A program made the translations under genes and the position numbers. The notes under the pieces were generated by a model. The model did no database searches, had not been told where the DNA came from, and saw only the letters and a list, made by a program, of their open reading frames with translations. Source: Candidatus Buchananbacteria bacterium (GTDB lineage: Bacteria; Patescibacteriota; Patescibacteriia; Buchananbacterales; UBA6539). From it: a stretch of 64,000 bases of DNA. The stretch's first letter is position 1, and each line of letters begins with the position of its first letter. Where the stretch lies: assembly GCA_041664165.1 (NCBI GenBank), contig JBAYLH010000001.1:9469-73468 (forward strand), read 5' to 3'. This document shows positions 17,958-26,860 of the stretch, in pieces.

Positions 17958-18119
17958 ATGTTTTGGTCAAAGAAAAAGTCAAAAAATCACCAGAAAGAAA
18001 AACCGAAAAGAAAAAAAAGAGGCACCAAAAAATGGAGCTTACTCTGTATGCTCTTCGAACATAGTTGGAGTGGAATGGTCTGCCGCCGCTGCGGCATCCA
18101 TTATGAGCCGAAGAAATAA
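17958..18119 (+). CDS. Small (53 aa) highly basic protein with C-terminal Cys/His cluster (zinc-ribbon-like); below the ORF-track size cutoff
   Basis: MFWSKKKSKNHQKEKPKRKKRGTKKWSLLCMLFEHSWSGMVCRRCGIHYEPKK. Strong RBS 7 nt upstream and a terminator immediately after. Confidence 0.35.
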   Translation: MFWSKKKSKNHQKEKPKRKKRGTKKWSLLCMLFEHSWSGMVCRRCGIHYEPKK

Positions 18120-18120
18120 A

Positions 18121-18158
18121 AGCACCTATTCCCCTGAATAGGTGCTTCGTCTTTTATT
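18121..18158 (+). terminator. Rho-independent terminator (also serves the convergent korB)
   Basis: agcacctattc-ccctg-gaataggtgct, then cgtcttttatt. Confidence 0.5.
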
Positions 18159-18165
18159 AAAAATC

Positions 18166-19020
18166 TTATTTGAATTCTTTCAGTAACTCGCTAATTTCAA
18201 CTTTTTTAACTTCCTGTTTGACTAAGGTTTGCTTGGCCAGCTGGGGCAGCTGCTGCTCATAAGTCGGCCGGCTTTCTTGATATAAAACGCCGATCGGCAA
18301 TTTTTCAGTTTCACCGGCTTTGGCATAGGCGACCGCTTTATCGTTTGGCTGATAATTGCTTTCTTCAAGTTTGTAAACTTTGGCCCGATATTGTTCCCGC
18401 ACGTCTTTGCCGTTAAAAATCACGCAAGGCTGTAAAACATCAACCAAAGAAAAACCCGGATGCGAGATGGCTTTTTTGAATAATTCCTTGAGATGGACAA
18501 CTTCATCGGAATACCCCTGAGCGACAAAAGTGGCGCCCAAAGTAATGGCGACTTGCAAGCCGTTAAACGGATATTCGATTAAACCATCGGGCGTCGATTT
18601 GGTTTTTTCGCCATGACCGGTCGTCGGCGAAGCTTGGCCGGTGGTTAAGCTATAGCGATGGTTATTATGAATAATGTAAGTAATATCGATATTACCGCGG
18701 CAAGTATGGATAAAATGGTTGCCGCCTTCGCCGTAGCCCCCGCCATCGCCGGAAATCGCAATGACTTTTAAGTCGTGATTGGCTAATTTAACCGCATAAG
18801 CAACGGGCAACGGCCGGCCGTGCAGGCTGTGAAAGCCGTAAACTCGATGCCAGTTGGCGCCATTGCCGCAGCAGCCGATATCAAAACTCATTACCACTTG
18901 ATGCGGTTCCAAACTTAATTCCGCCAGCGCCTGCCGCAAAGCCGTCCAGATGCCGAAGTTGCCGCAACCGACGCACCAGGTCGGCTTAATTTTTGTCATG
19001 AAATCAGTATCTTTTGCCAT
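18166..19020 (-). CDS. korB: 2-oxoacid:ferredoxin oxidoreductase beta subunit (TPP-binding)
   Basis: CVGCGNFGIWTALRQAL, the TPP-binding GDGG region, 284 aa. Confidence 0.75.
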   Translation of the reverse strand: MAKDTDFMTKIKPTWCVGCGNFGIWTALRQALAELSLEPHQVVMSFDIGCCGNGANWHRVYGFHSLHGRPLPVAYAVKLANHDLKVIAISGDGGGYGEGGNHFIHTCRGNIDITYIIHNNHRYSLTTGQASPTTGHGEKTKSTPDGLIEYPFNGLQVAITLGATFVAQGYSDEVVHLKELFKKAISHPGFSLVDVLQPCVIFNGKDVREQYRAKVYKLEESNYQPNDKAVAYAKAGETEKLPIGVLYQESRPTYEQQLPQLAKQTLVKQEVKKVEISELLKEFK

Positions 19021-19056
19021 ATTCCAAAATTTATAATTTTTAATTTATAATTTACT

Positions 19057-20826
19057 TTACAATTTACCAACCAATTCAACAATTTCTTCGGGAAAAAACT
19101 GCGCGCCATTATATTTAGTTAACCGCTGGTCGACGCTGATACCGGTTGCTTGCTGCAGTAAATTGGCCAGCTGAGCGGTTTGATTGTTTTCAATTGACAC
19201 TAATTTCTTTGCCCCTTTAACCGCCACTTTCATAGTCGCGGAATCAAGCGGCCAGGGAGCGGCAAGATGCAAATAGTTAACATCAGTTAATGATTTTAAG
19301 GCTTCCAAAACCGGGCCTTTGACCGAACCCCAGCCAACTAAAGTCAGCTTGGCAATAGCCGGGCCGAATAATTCCGGCTTAGGCAAATCAGCCAAAATGC
19401 CGGCTAACTTGGCGGCTCGTTTTTTTGCCATTTGGTTTCTGATTTCCGGCGTGAAACCTTCAATCGTAAAACCAAATTCGTCATGCTCATCAGAATTGAC
19501 TAAATGGACTCCGCCCGCTTGGCCGGGAATTGCCCGAGGCGAAACGCCGTCGGCAGTTATTTGGTAACGCTGATAATCAGTGATTTTAGCTAAATCAGCC
19601 TCGGTCAGAAGCTTACCGCGATTAATTTCAAATTTGGCCAAATCAGGTTCGACAATCGACTCATGGCCTTCCGAAATGTATTTATCAACCAAGACAAAAA
19701 CTGGAATCTGATATTTTTCCGCTAAATTAAACGCTTGAGTAGTTAAATAAAAGGCTTCGGTCGGATCACCGGGCGCTAAAACCACGCGCAAAAATTCGCC
19801 ATGGCCGGAATTGACGACATAAGCCAAATCGCCTTGTTCAGTCCAAGTCGGTAACCCGGTTGCCGGACCCGGCCGCTGCGATTCAATAATCACTAACGGC
19901 GTTTCGGTAATTCCGGCTAAAGACAAACCTTCGTTCATTAAAGCAAAGCCGCCGCCGGAAGTGCAAGTCATTGACCGAACGCCGGCGTACGCGGCACCGA
20001 TGGCCATGTGCATGGCGGAAATTTCATCTTCGGGATGCTTGACGACCATGTCGGTTTTTAAAGCCCAGCCGGCCAAAATTTGCAAAATCGAAGAGGCCGG
20101 CGTCATCGGATAAGCCGAAAAAAACTTACAGCCGCAAGCCACGGCAGCCAGACAAATCGTATCATTAGCCGTTACCACGATTGACTGATCATTTTTACCC
20201 TGCGCTTTGAGTTTGTAAGGAAACTTGTCCGCGTCTAAATTCTTTTTGGCGTAATCATAGCCGAATTTGGCCGCGGTCAGGTTCATAGCGACAACTTCTT
20301 CACCTTTACCAGCAAAGGTTTCTTTAATCACCTCGTTTAAAATCTCCAAATCATAATCAAGCAAAGCCGTGCAGGCGCCGGTGATAATAATGTTTGAAGC
20401 GATTGATTTAATCCCCGCTTCTTTCGCCAATTTTTCCAGCGGCAGCGGATAAATCTTTTTGCCATTGGCTTCGTCGGCCTTAATTTCAAACTCATCGCTA
20501 TCGTACAAAATAACGCCCTCAGCGGCCACATCGGCTAGACAATATTCAAAAGCTTCCCGAGTCAGAGCGATTAATAGCTGGTTTTTCTGATAAATTGAAT
20601 TGACCGGCTCTTGGCCGATACTTACCCGATAAGTGACTAGACCGCCCCGGATCCGCGACGGATACTCGGAACTGTCGAAAGTGTAAAGCCCACCATGAAC
20701 GCAGGCCTTGGTAAAAATTAAACCGGCCACCTGTTGTCCCCCGCCAGCAATGCCGCCGATTTTCCAGGTGAAGACCGGGTTATTTTTCGTATTTTTATCA
20801 TTTTTCATACTTTGATATTTTATCAC
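19057..20826 (-). CDS. korA: 2-oxoacid:ferredoxin oxidoreductase alpha subunit (fused gamma/alpha domains)
   Basis: 589 aa with an N-terminal POR gamma-like domain followed by a transketolase-like alpha domain. Confidence 0.75.
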   Translation of the reverse strand: MIKYQSMKNDKNTKNNPVFTWKIGGIAGGGQQVAGLIFTKACVHGGLYTFDSSEYPSRIRGGLVTYRVSIGQEPVNSIYQKNQLLIALTREAFEYCLADVAAEGVILYDSDEFEIKADEANGKKIYPLPLEKLAKEAGIKSIASNIIITGACTALLDYDLEILNEVIKETFAGKGEEVVAMNLTAAKFGYDYAKKNLDADKFPYKLKAQGKNDQSIVVTANDTICLAAVACGCKFFSAYPMTPASSILQILAGWALKTDMVVKHPEDEISAMHMAIGAAYAGVRSMTCTSGGGFALMNEGLSLAGITETPLVIIESQRPGPATGLPTWTEQGDLAYVVNSGHGEFLRVVLAPGDPTEAFYLTTQAFNLAEKYQIPVFVLVDKYISEGHESIVEPDLAKFEINRGKLLTEADLAKITDYQRYQITADGVSPRAIPGQAGGVHLVNSDEHDEFGFTIEGFTPEIRNQMAKKRAAKLAGILADLPKPELFGPAIAKLTLVGWGSVKGPVLEALKSLTDVNYLHLAAPWPLDSATMKVAVKGAKKLVSIENNQTAQLANLLQQATGISVDQRLTKYNGAQFFPEEIVELVGKL

Positions 20827-20885
20827 AGTAAAATTAGAATTAAAAGGGTAAATAATTTTTAATTTCTAGTTCGCCATTAATCATT

Positions 20886-22244
20886 CTAATATTGCAAAAC
20901 CATTTTCGGCTCTTTGGCTTTTTCAAACTGATGACAAGTAACTTTGGCGATGTTATAAGTCCCGAATTTCGGCGCTTCCAAAAAACCCTGCATCGCCGCT
21001 TCGGCAAACCAGCCCGACTCCACCCAGTCTAAAATCCATTCGTTGGCGTATTTCGGATTATCCTGGGAAACGCCGGAGCCGATGGTTCTCAGCCACTTGC
21101 GATTGAATTCTTCCTGCGAGCCGATCGGCGGCGCCATCACAATCGGTATTCCCAAAGCGCCATAAAAACTCAATTCCGACGGTTTGGTCCATAAAATGTC
21201 GGTTGTCCTCAAGGCCGAATTGAATTTTCTAAAGTAATCCTGCTTATTGGAAGCAAAAATAATTTTTATTCCCCGGTTAATTTCATTGCCCAAACCGGCA
21301 CTTTTGGCCGCCGTTCGAAAAAATTGGTTGACTTCGTTATGAATTCCGGCCACCATAACTAACCGGATTTTTTTGCCGCTGATTTCCCGTTTTAAGCTGT
21401 TGATTATTTGCGCGCCGATTTCCCGCTGGGCGGCGGCACCGCCGACGGAAAACATCAAAGTCAAAGGATGATTGCTTTTTTTCGGCAACGATTTGATGCC
21501 CAAACGATCCTGAATAACTTGTTTATATAAATTCCAGTAGCGGCGCTGAGGATCCAAATTGGCCAGCCTTTGAACCAAATCGGATTTTAAAACGTCGAGT
21601 TTTTCACTGCCGATATTTTCCAACGGCAACGGAAAGCCGGTTAAAAAAATCCTTTCCGGCAAAACGCCGTAAAGCTTGAGCCTTTCCACCACCCGGTAAT
21701 TGCTGGCTAAATAATTAATCCGGCTTTTAGCCGGACATTTCGGCACCCAGGCTCGGCTGATATCGGCGTCCGTTGTCAAACAATAAATTTCCCCGGGATA
21801 ATCAAAAACTTCCGCCATAAAAGCCGGAATAAAAAAAGTGGCAACCAGCGGCAGCGGCTTTTTGGCCAGTTTGTTGATTAAGTGCTTTCCCCATTGCCGG
21901 CCTTCAATCAAGCTGTAAATATTTTTAACCTGAAAACTTAGCTTGGAAAGATCGCGCTTGGGATAAAATTTCGGAATTTCCTGCAAACTGTCGTAGATAT
22001 CCCAAACTACCGGGCCAATAATGGGAATTTGTTTGAACCGGGAAATGAATTCGTAAAACTTTCTGGTTTCCTGCCAAATCCTCCGATCAGCCGCCGGAAT
22101 GCCCGGATAAGTGTTGGCCGTAACAATTTTATTGCCCAAAGCCAGATATTTTAAAGGATAAGCCGCCCGCTGATGGCCATAGCCCATGTCAACGGAAACG
22201 ACCCAGACTTTAGGACATTTTTTGTCAGTTTTAACTTTTGCCAT
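20886..22244 (-). CDS. GT28-like glycosyltransferase (MGDG synthase / UgtP-like)
   Basis: N-terminal VVSVDMGYGHQRAA motif typical of MurG/MGDG-synthase-like enzymes. 452 aa. Confidence 0.45.
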   Translation of the reverse strand: MAKVKTDKKCPKVWVVSVDMGYGHQRAAYPLKYLALGNKIVTANTYPGIPAADRRIWQETRKFYEFISRFKQIPIIGPVVWDIYDSLQEIPKFYPKRDLSKLSFQVKNIYSLIEGRQWGKHLINKLAKKPLPLVATFFIPAFMAEVFDYPGEIYCLTTDADISRAWVPKCPAKSRINYLASNYRVVERLKLYGVLPERIFLTGFPLPLENIGSEKLDVLKSDLVQRLANLDPQRRYWNLYKQVIQDRLGIKSLPKKSNHPLTLMFSVGGAAAQREIGAQIINSLKREISGKKIRLVMVAGIHNEVNQFFRTAAKSAGLGNEINRGIKIIFASNKQDYFRKFNSALRTTDILWTKPSELSFYGALGIPIVMAPPIGSQEEFNRKWLRTIGSGVSQDNPKYANEWILDWVESGWFAEAAMQGFLEAPKFGTYNIAKVTCHQFEKAKEPKMVLQY

Positions 22245-23373
22245 ATAAATTTATTTTACCAAAAATTTTAATAAAAAATAAGGCTAAAAATAAAAAGATT
22301 AAAGGCAAAAAGCCGGCAATAATCCCCCTCAAATCAGCAAAACTAAAGTCGGCAAAATAGATTCTAAAAATATTCAAATGGTTGGCAAAAATAAACGACA
22401 GCCAGGACGAAACCGTAACTACCGGCCAAAACCAGAACAACAGCCATTGGCTAAGTTTGATTTTTTTGATTAACAGCAAAACGAGTGTCGCTAAAACGAA
22501 TAAGGGGAAAATTAAGACTAGCCCGTCGTTTCTAGTCCAGACGCTGAAAGCCATTGCAATGCCGGAAAAATAAAAAAAGGAATTGCCGCGGCCGGTCAAA
22601 TAGTAAAAAAAGTTGGCTAACGTTAAAAATAAAAAAATGGCAAAAACCCAGTCAACGGCAGTGGCGCCGAAATAAAAAAACAGCAACGGCAAATTGCTCA
22701 AAAAATAAACCGATAGCAGCTTTGCAAACCGGCTGATTTTTTTGGGTAAGGAAGTATAAAAAACCGCCAAAATTATGAAATAATAAAAAATTACTAGAAA
22801 TTTTGAATAATCAGCAGTAAATCGGCCAGCCATTTCCGCTAGCCAAACCTGCGCCAGGCTGCCATTCAAAGGATAATTTTTTAGCCCAATTTCGGCCAAG
22901 CTGATAGTTTTGGCATTAAAAATCAACTGGGCGGAATTATCGGCGGCTGAATTGACATTTACCTGCCAAACAAAAATACCGGAAACTAAAAAACTCAAAG
23001 CCAAAATTACTAAAATTAAATATTCATTTTTTGACCAACTTAAAAAATTATTTTTCTGGCGGGAAAAAAAAGTACCGACATTTTCAAACTTGGGCCATAA
23101 AAGTTTTCGCTCAAACAAAAAAATCACTGCCTCTAAACCGAAAACCTGGCTAATGACAGAAAAATAAAAAAGCCAGGGATTAAGTTTGAACCCGCCAAAA
23201 ACATTAGCGGAAAAAAGGTCAATCGTAAAAGCGGCTAAGCCAAAAATCCAGCCGGCAAAAAACTTGAAGCCGAAATCAAAATTCTTCGCCCGATCAATGA
23301 CATAAACCAAAAGATAGCCCCGCGGCCAAATCAAAATTAAGGCTAAAATTAATTTAAACCAAAGGTAATTCAT
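22231..23373 (-). CDS. Polytopic membrane protein, co-operonic with the glycosyltransferase
   Basis: 380 aa with more than 9 TM helices. Its start at 23373 is in the last codon of the track. Confidence 0.4.
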   Translation of the reverse strand: MNYLWFKLILALILIWPRGYLLVYVIDRAKNFDFGFKFFAGWIFGLAAFTIDLFSANVFGGFKLNPWLFYFSVISQVFGLEAVIFLFERKLLWPKFENVGTFFSRQKNNFLSWSKNEYLILVILALSFLVSGIFVWQVNVNSAADNSAQLIFNAKTISLAEIGLKNYPLNGSLAQVWLAEMAGRFTADYSKFLVIFYYFIILAVFYTSLPKKISRFAKLLSVYFLSNLPLLFFYFGATAVDWVFAIFLFLTLANFFYYLTGRGNSFFYFSGIAMAFSVWTRNDGLVLIFPLFVLATLVLLLIKKIKLSQWLLFWFWPVVTVSSWLSFIFANHLNIFRIYFADFSFADLRGIIAGFLPLIFLFLALFFIKIFGKINLYGKS

Positions 23374-23402
23374 CTCTTTTATTTTACCTTATTTGGCCTA
23401 AT

Positions 23403-23450
23403 AAAAAAAGGAGTTGCTTGCATTTATCATAAAGCAGCAACTCCTGGTAA
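23403..23450 (-). terminator. Terminator of GC-rich cassette ii
   Basis: Minus strand ccaggagttgctgc-tttatgataaat-gcaagcaactcc plus T8. Confidence 0.5.
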
Positions 23451-23870
23451 ATCCCCCTCTGACTTCATTATGCCGACTTCGGCATTAATCTCCTTTGGTG
23501 AAACCAAAGCCTTACTTGACAGCTGGCGTTTGAGCCTGACCCGGCGCTCGGCCTCCAAAACAATGGCGATAAAAGCCGGGTTTTGCGGCAACAATCCGAA
23601 CCGAGCCCGGTCTTTGATGGTAACCAACACCAGCAGCATGCTCATCGCATTAAACTCAAAACTGAATCCCAGTTTTTTGAGTGCCAGTTGGACTTCACAC
23701 AGATTCGCTTCCAATAACACCGGATCAACTTCCTGCAGAAGTCGTTTCTTGGCTATTGCCAGATAAACGGGTGAGACCCCCAGCCGATACCAGTGTTCCT
23801 CTTCGGTAAGACGAGCGGTCAGCAAACGTGATCCAGCTTTCAGCATGCCACTTATTTGAGTACCTCCCAT
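23427..23870 (-). CDS. Hypothetical 147-aa protein on GC-rich (~52%) cassette ii
   Basis: MGGTQISGMLKAGSRLLTARLTEEEHWYRLGV...; RBS aaggaaggaggg; no recognised domain. Confidence 0.45.
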   Translation of the reverse strand: MGGTQISGMLKAGSRLLTARLTEEEHWYRLGVSPVYLAIAKKRLLQEVDPVLLEANLCEVQLALKKLGFSFEFNAMSMLLVLVTIKDRARFGLLPQNPAFIAIVLEAERRVRLKRQLSSKALVSPKEINAEVGIMKSEGDLPGVAAL

Positions 23871-23924
23871 TACGACTCCCTCCTTCCTTCCCTTAAGCTA
23901 ATTATGGCCACGGCAACTTACGAT

Positions 23925-23953
23925 AATATAACAAAAAGTTTTTCAAGTTTCAA
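23925..23953 (-). promoter_or_regulatory. Near-consensus sigma-70 promoter (TTGAAA-N17-TATATT) of cassette ii
   Basis: Minus strand cTTGAAActtgaaaaactttttgtTATATT. Confidence 0.45.
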
Positions 23954-24020
23954 GAGCTTGTCATCCAAAACTAATCGCTAATTTCTTGCCTTAATTCTGA
24001 TTAGAAACTATAATTATTCC

Positions 24021-24638
24021 ATGATTACGATAATTATCGATTTTTTAACCAATTTAGTTATCCAAATAATCGGCATTATCGGCTATGCCGGAATTTTTTT
24101 ATTAATGCTGGCCGAAAGCGGCGGCGTACCGATGCCGTCAGAAGTGATTATGCCGTTTTCCGGCTTTCTGGTCGAGGCCGGAAAAATGAATTTTTGGACG
24201 GTAGTTTTAATCGGTACGCTGGGAAATTTAGCCGGTTCCCTTCTAGCTTACTGGATTGGTAAGGCCGGCGGCCGGCCATTAATTGAAAAATGGGGAAAAT
24301 ATATTTTGATTTCAAAACACGACTTGGATTTAGCCGATCACTGGTTTGGCCGCTGGGGCAATTTAACCGTGTTTTTCGGCCGGCTCTTGCCGGTGGTCAG
24401 GACTTATATTTCTTTTCCGGCCGGGATCGCCAAAATGGACCTTAAAAAGTTCAGCTTCTATACTTTCATTGGTGCCCTGCCTTGGTGCATTCTCTTTACC
24501 TGGCTCGGGGTTAAAATGGGCGCTAACTGGGATTTAGTCCGGCAAAAACTCCATAACTTTGATCTGGCAATATTAATTTTAGTAATTTTAATAATTGCTT
24601 TATACGTCTGGCGACATTTGAAAAATAGAAATAAGTAA
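24021..24638 (+). CDS. DedA/SNARE-associated (VTT domain) membrane protein
   Basis: GIFLLMLAESGGVPMPSEVIMPFSGFLV and FFGRLLPVVRTYISFPAG motifs. Confidence 0.75.
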   Translation: MITIIIDFLTNLVIQIIGIIGYAGIFLLMLAESGGVPMPSEVIMPFSGFLVEAGKMNFWTVVLIGTLGNLAGSLLAYWIGKAGGRPLIEKWGKYILISKHDLDLADHWFGRWGNLTVFFGRLLPVVRTYISFPAGIAKMDLKKFSFYTFIGALPWCILFTWLGVKMGANWDLVRQKLHNFDLAILILVILIIALYVWRHLKNRNK

Positions 24639-24657
24639 ACTAAATTTCGGTAACTAA

Positions 24658-24690
24658 AAGAGTCCCGCTGAATCGGGACTCTTTTATGAT
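24658..24690. terminator. Bidirectional terminator between the convergent DedA and HU genes
   Basis: aagagtcccg-ctgaat-cgggactctttt. Confidence 0.5.
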
Positions 24691-24706
24691 GTAAAACTTT
24701 AGTCGT

Positions 24707-24988
24707 TTATAAGACTGCTTCTTTGGCAGCTTTGGCAACGCGGAATTTCACCACGGTTTTAGCCGGAATCTGGATGGTGGCGCCAGTGGCAGGATTGCGG
24801 CCGACTCTGGCTTTGCGAGCGACTTTAACTAATTTGCCAATTCCCGGCACGACAAATTCACCGCTACCTTTGACCTCTTTGTAGGCCAATTCTACCATTT
24901 TGTCCAAGATAGTAGTAACATCTTTTTTGCTTAACTCAGCGCTTTCTGCCAAGGCGGCAAGCAACTGAGCTTTAGACATCTTTGCCAT
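24707..24988 (-). CDS. hup: HU/IHF-family nucleoid-associated DNA-binding protein
   Basis: 93 aa with the RNPATGATIQIPAKTVVKFRVAKAAKEAV arm. Confidence 0.85.
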   Translation of the reverse strand: MAKMSKAQLLAALAESAELSKKDVTTILDKMVELAYKEVKGSGEFVVPGIGKLVKVARKARVGRNPATGATIQIPAKTVVKFRVAKAAKEAVL

Positions 24989-25134
24989 AAGTTTTTATTA
25001 CTTATTAAATAATTATTAGCTTATAGATACATTATACATCAAACTTTTAGAAAAGCCAATAAAACCAAGGGGTTTGAAATAAAATCAACTTTGCCAGACC
25101 ATTTTAAAAATATCAAAATTAGAATACTCGCTCA

Positions 25135-25773
25135 TTAAACCAAATTTTGAGACAATTTACCTTGTCTTTTAAACCCTAACTTTATGGCCGCTAAAATTAC
25201 CAAACCCGCCAAACAAATATAAAAAGGAAAAGCCAGCAAAATAAAATCAAGCCGGCCAACCGCGATACAAGCTAAAAAACCGCCGAGAGCCGTCAGCACC
25301 CAGGCGCTGGCTGTTTCGGTCGCTGGGCTTTGGTAAGATTTTACTACCGTTAAAACCACGCCGATGGCATCGACAAAAATCACCAAAAACAGGGCAATGG
25401 CGGCTTCGCTGGTTAAATACCAAAACCATAGGCTAATGCCGGCACCGACTAACGAAATAATGTCTCTTTTCATCAAACCGCCAATCCCATATTTAACGGC
25501 TAAAATAAAAATAAACAAATCCCCAATCGCCTGCACTCCGGTCAGAATTAAAGAATAAGACGCGCCTTTGGCCAATTGGGAAAAAAAAGAAATCAACCCC
25601 AATATTGCCCAGATTAACCATGACGTTCGCTGAGGTTTTGTCCGGCACCGAAAAATGTCTTTGAGATAAGGCCAAAAAGACAATAAAATTACTAGCCCCG
25701 CTAAATATCCCGCTGTTTCGCTGATCATATTATTTACGCTGTTCTGATCAAATTGAGATGCCATGACTGCCAT
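25135..25773 (-). CDS. Polytopic membrane protein, function unknown
   Basis: 212 aa with about 6 TM helices. Confidence 0.4.
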   Translation of the reverse strand: MAVMASQFDQNSVNNMISETAGYLAGLVILLSFWPYLKDIFRCRTKPQRTSWLIWAILGLISFFSQLAKGASYSLILTGVQAIGDLFIFILAVKYGIGGLMKRDIISLVGAGISLWFWYLTSEAAIALFLVIFVDAIGVVLTVVKSYQSPATETASAWVLTALGGFLACIAVGRLDFILLAFPFYICLAGLVILAAIKLGFKRQGKLSQNLV

Positions 25774-25781
25774 CTCGAAAT

Positions 25782-26765
25782 TTAAAGCAAACCTATTCTG
25801 ATAAAAAATTTTAAATACGGTATTTGTTTTGCCAATTCATCCAATAAAATAACGTATTTTTCCAATGAATTTTCAGTCAGCTCAGGAAAATGTTCTTTTA
25901 AATCTTGCAACAGAAAATTTCTAATATCTTCCAAAGTTTTGCGCTTGGCACTGTCAGCCTCGGTATAAACATTTTCAACCAAACCAAGGTCAATTGAAGT
26001 GATATTCGCTTTTGCCCAAAGCAAATTGGTGCTGCCCTCGTCAACCGAAAAAGAAAAAAAGTTCGTACCATCCCAATCCAAATAAACTCGGCTGCGTTTC
26101 TGCGTATTGGTCAGTATATGGCGCAGCTGGTAAGGATCAACTTTAATCGCATTAAAAGAATTTTTAAAATCTGTCCGCTGATTACTGGCGACAAAACCGA
26201 TCGGCGCAATTCTATCGTTAAAATCATTTGAAGATTGATCAATGGCTTGGGTTTGGAATTTCAGCTCCGTTCTGGTATCAAATTGTCCCGGCGGCGTTAC
26301 CTTGATTTGAACCAGCTCTCTGCCGCTTTTTGCATCAGTTGGGTCAGTGGTGTTAATTCGTAAGCGATGCCGCGCGCTATTGTTGTTTTTATATAGATCA
26401 AGACTTGCGGTATCAAAATAATCATCGGTAAAGATACTGATGTCATCACGTTGCTCACCCTTTAAATTCAGCTCGGGAAAAGCCTGGCTTAATTTCTCAT
26501 TTGATTTAACATAAGTATTGCGAAGATAATCATAAACCTCCTGTGCCTTGCCCTGAGGAATATTAAGGGTGATTTGACTATCAACTCGGGCGGCATTAGT
26601 GCCAAACCCCTCCGAGGAATGCGAGCTTTGGTCGAAAGGATTGTTTATTTTTTGATCGCTACCTGGCTGCTGCGCCCAAAGGTAATAAAAGACACCAAGC
26701 AGCAATAGTAAAAATATAGAAACGGAAAGTACTAATTTTAATTTTTTATTCATATTTTTAAACAT
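25782..26765 (-). CDS. Membrane-anchored/secreted hypothetical protein
   Basis: 327 aa with N-terminal TM VLSVSIFLLLLLGVFYYLW. Confidence 0.4.
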   Translation of the reverse strand: MFKNMNKKLKLVLSVSIFLLLLLGVFYYLWAQQPGSDQKINNPFDQSSHSSEGFGTNAARVDSQITLNIPQGKAQEVYDYLRNTYVKSNEKLSQAFPELNLKGEQRDDISIFTDDYFDTASLDLYKNNNSARHRLRINTTDPTDAKSGRELVQIKVTPPGQFDTRTELKFQTQAIDQSSNDFNDRIAPIGFVASNQRTDFKNSFNAIKVDPYQLRHILTNTQKRSRVYLDWDGTNFFSFSVDEGSTNLLWAKANITSIDLGLVENVYTEADSAKRKTLEDIRNFLLQDLKEHFPELTENSLEKYVILLDELAKQIPYLKFFIRIGLL

Positions 26766-26820
26766 TATAATTATGGCCTAATTCTACCATAAAATCCGAA
26801 TAACGTTAATGTTTTAAATA

Positions 26821-26852
26821 AAAAAAATCCTCCTAACACTTGGCTAGGAGGA
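26821..26852 (-). terminator. Terminator of GC-rich cassette v
   Basis: Minus strand tcctccta-gccaagtgt-taggagga plus T8. Confidence 0.5.
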
Positions 26853-26860
26853 GCTTAACT

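Noticed and set aside
19319-20531. Plus-strand ORF 19319..19567 and minus ORF 20337..20531 within korA
   Set aside because: They are antisense or nested in a well-supported 589-aa korA reading frame.
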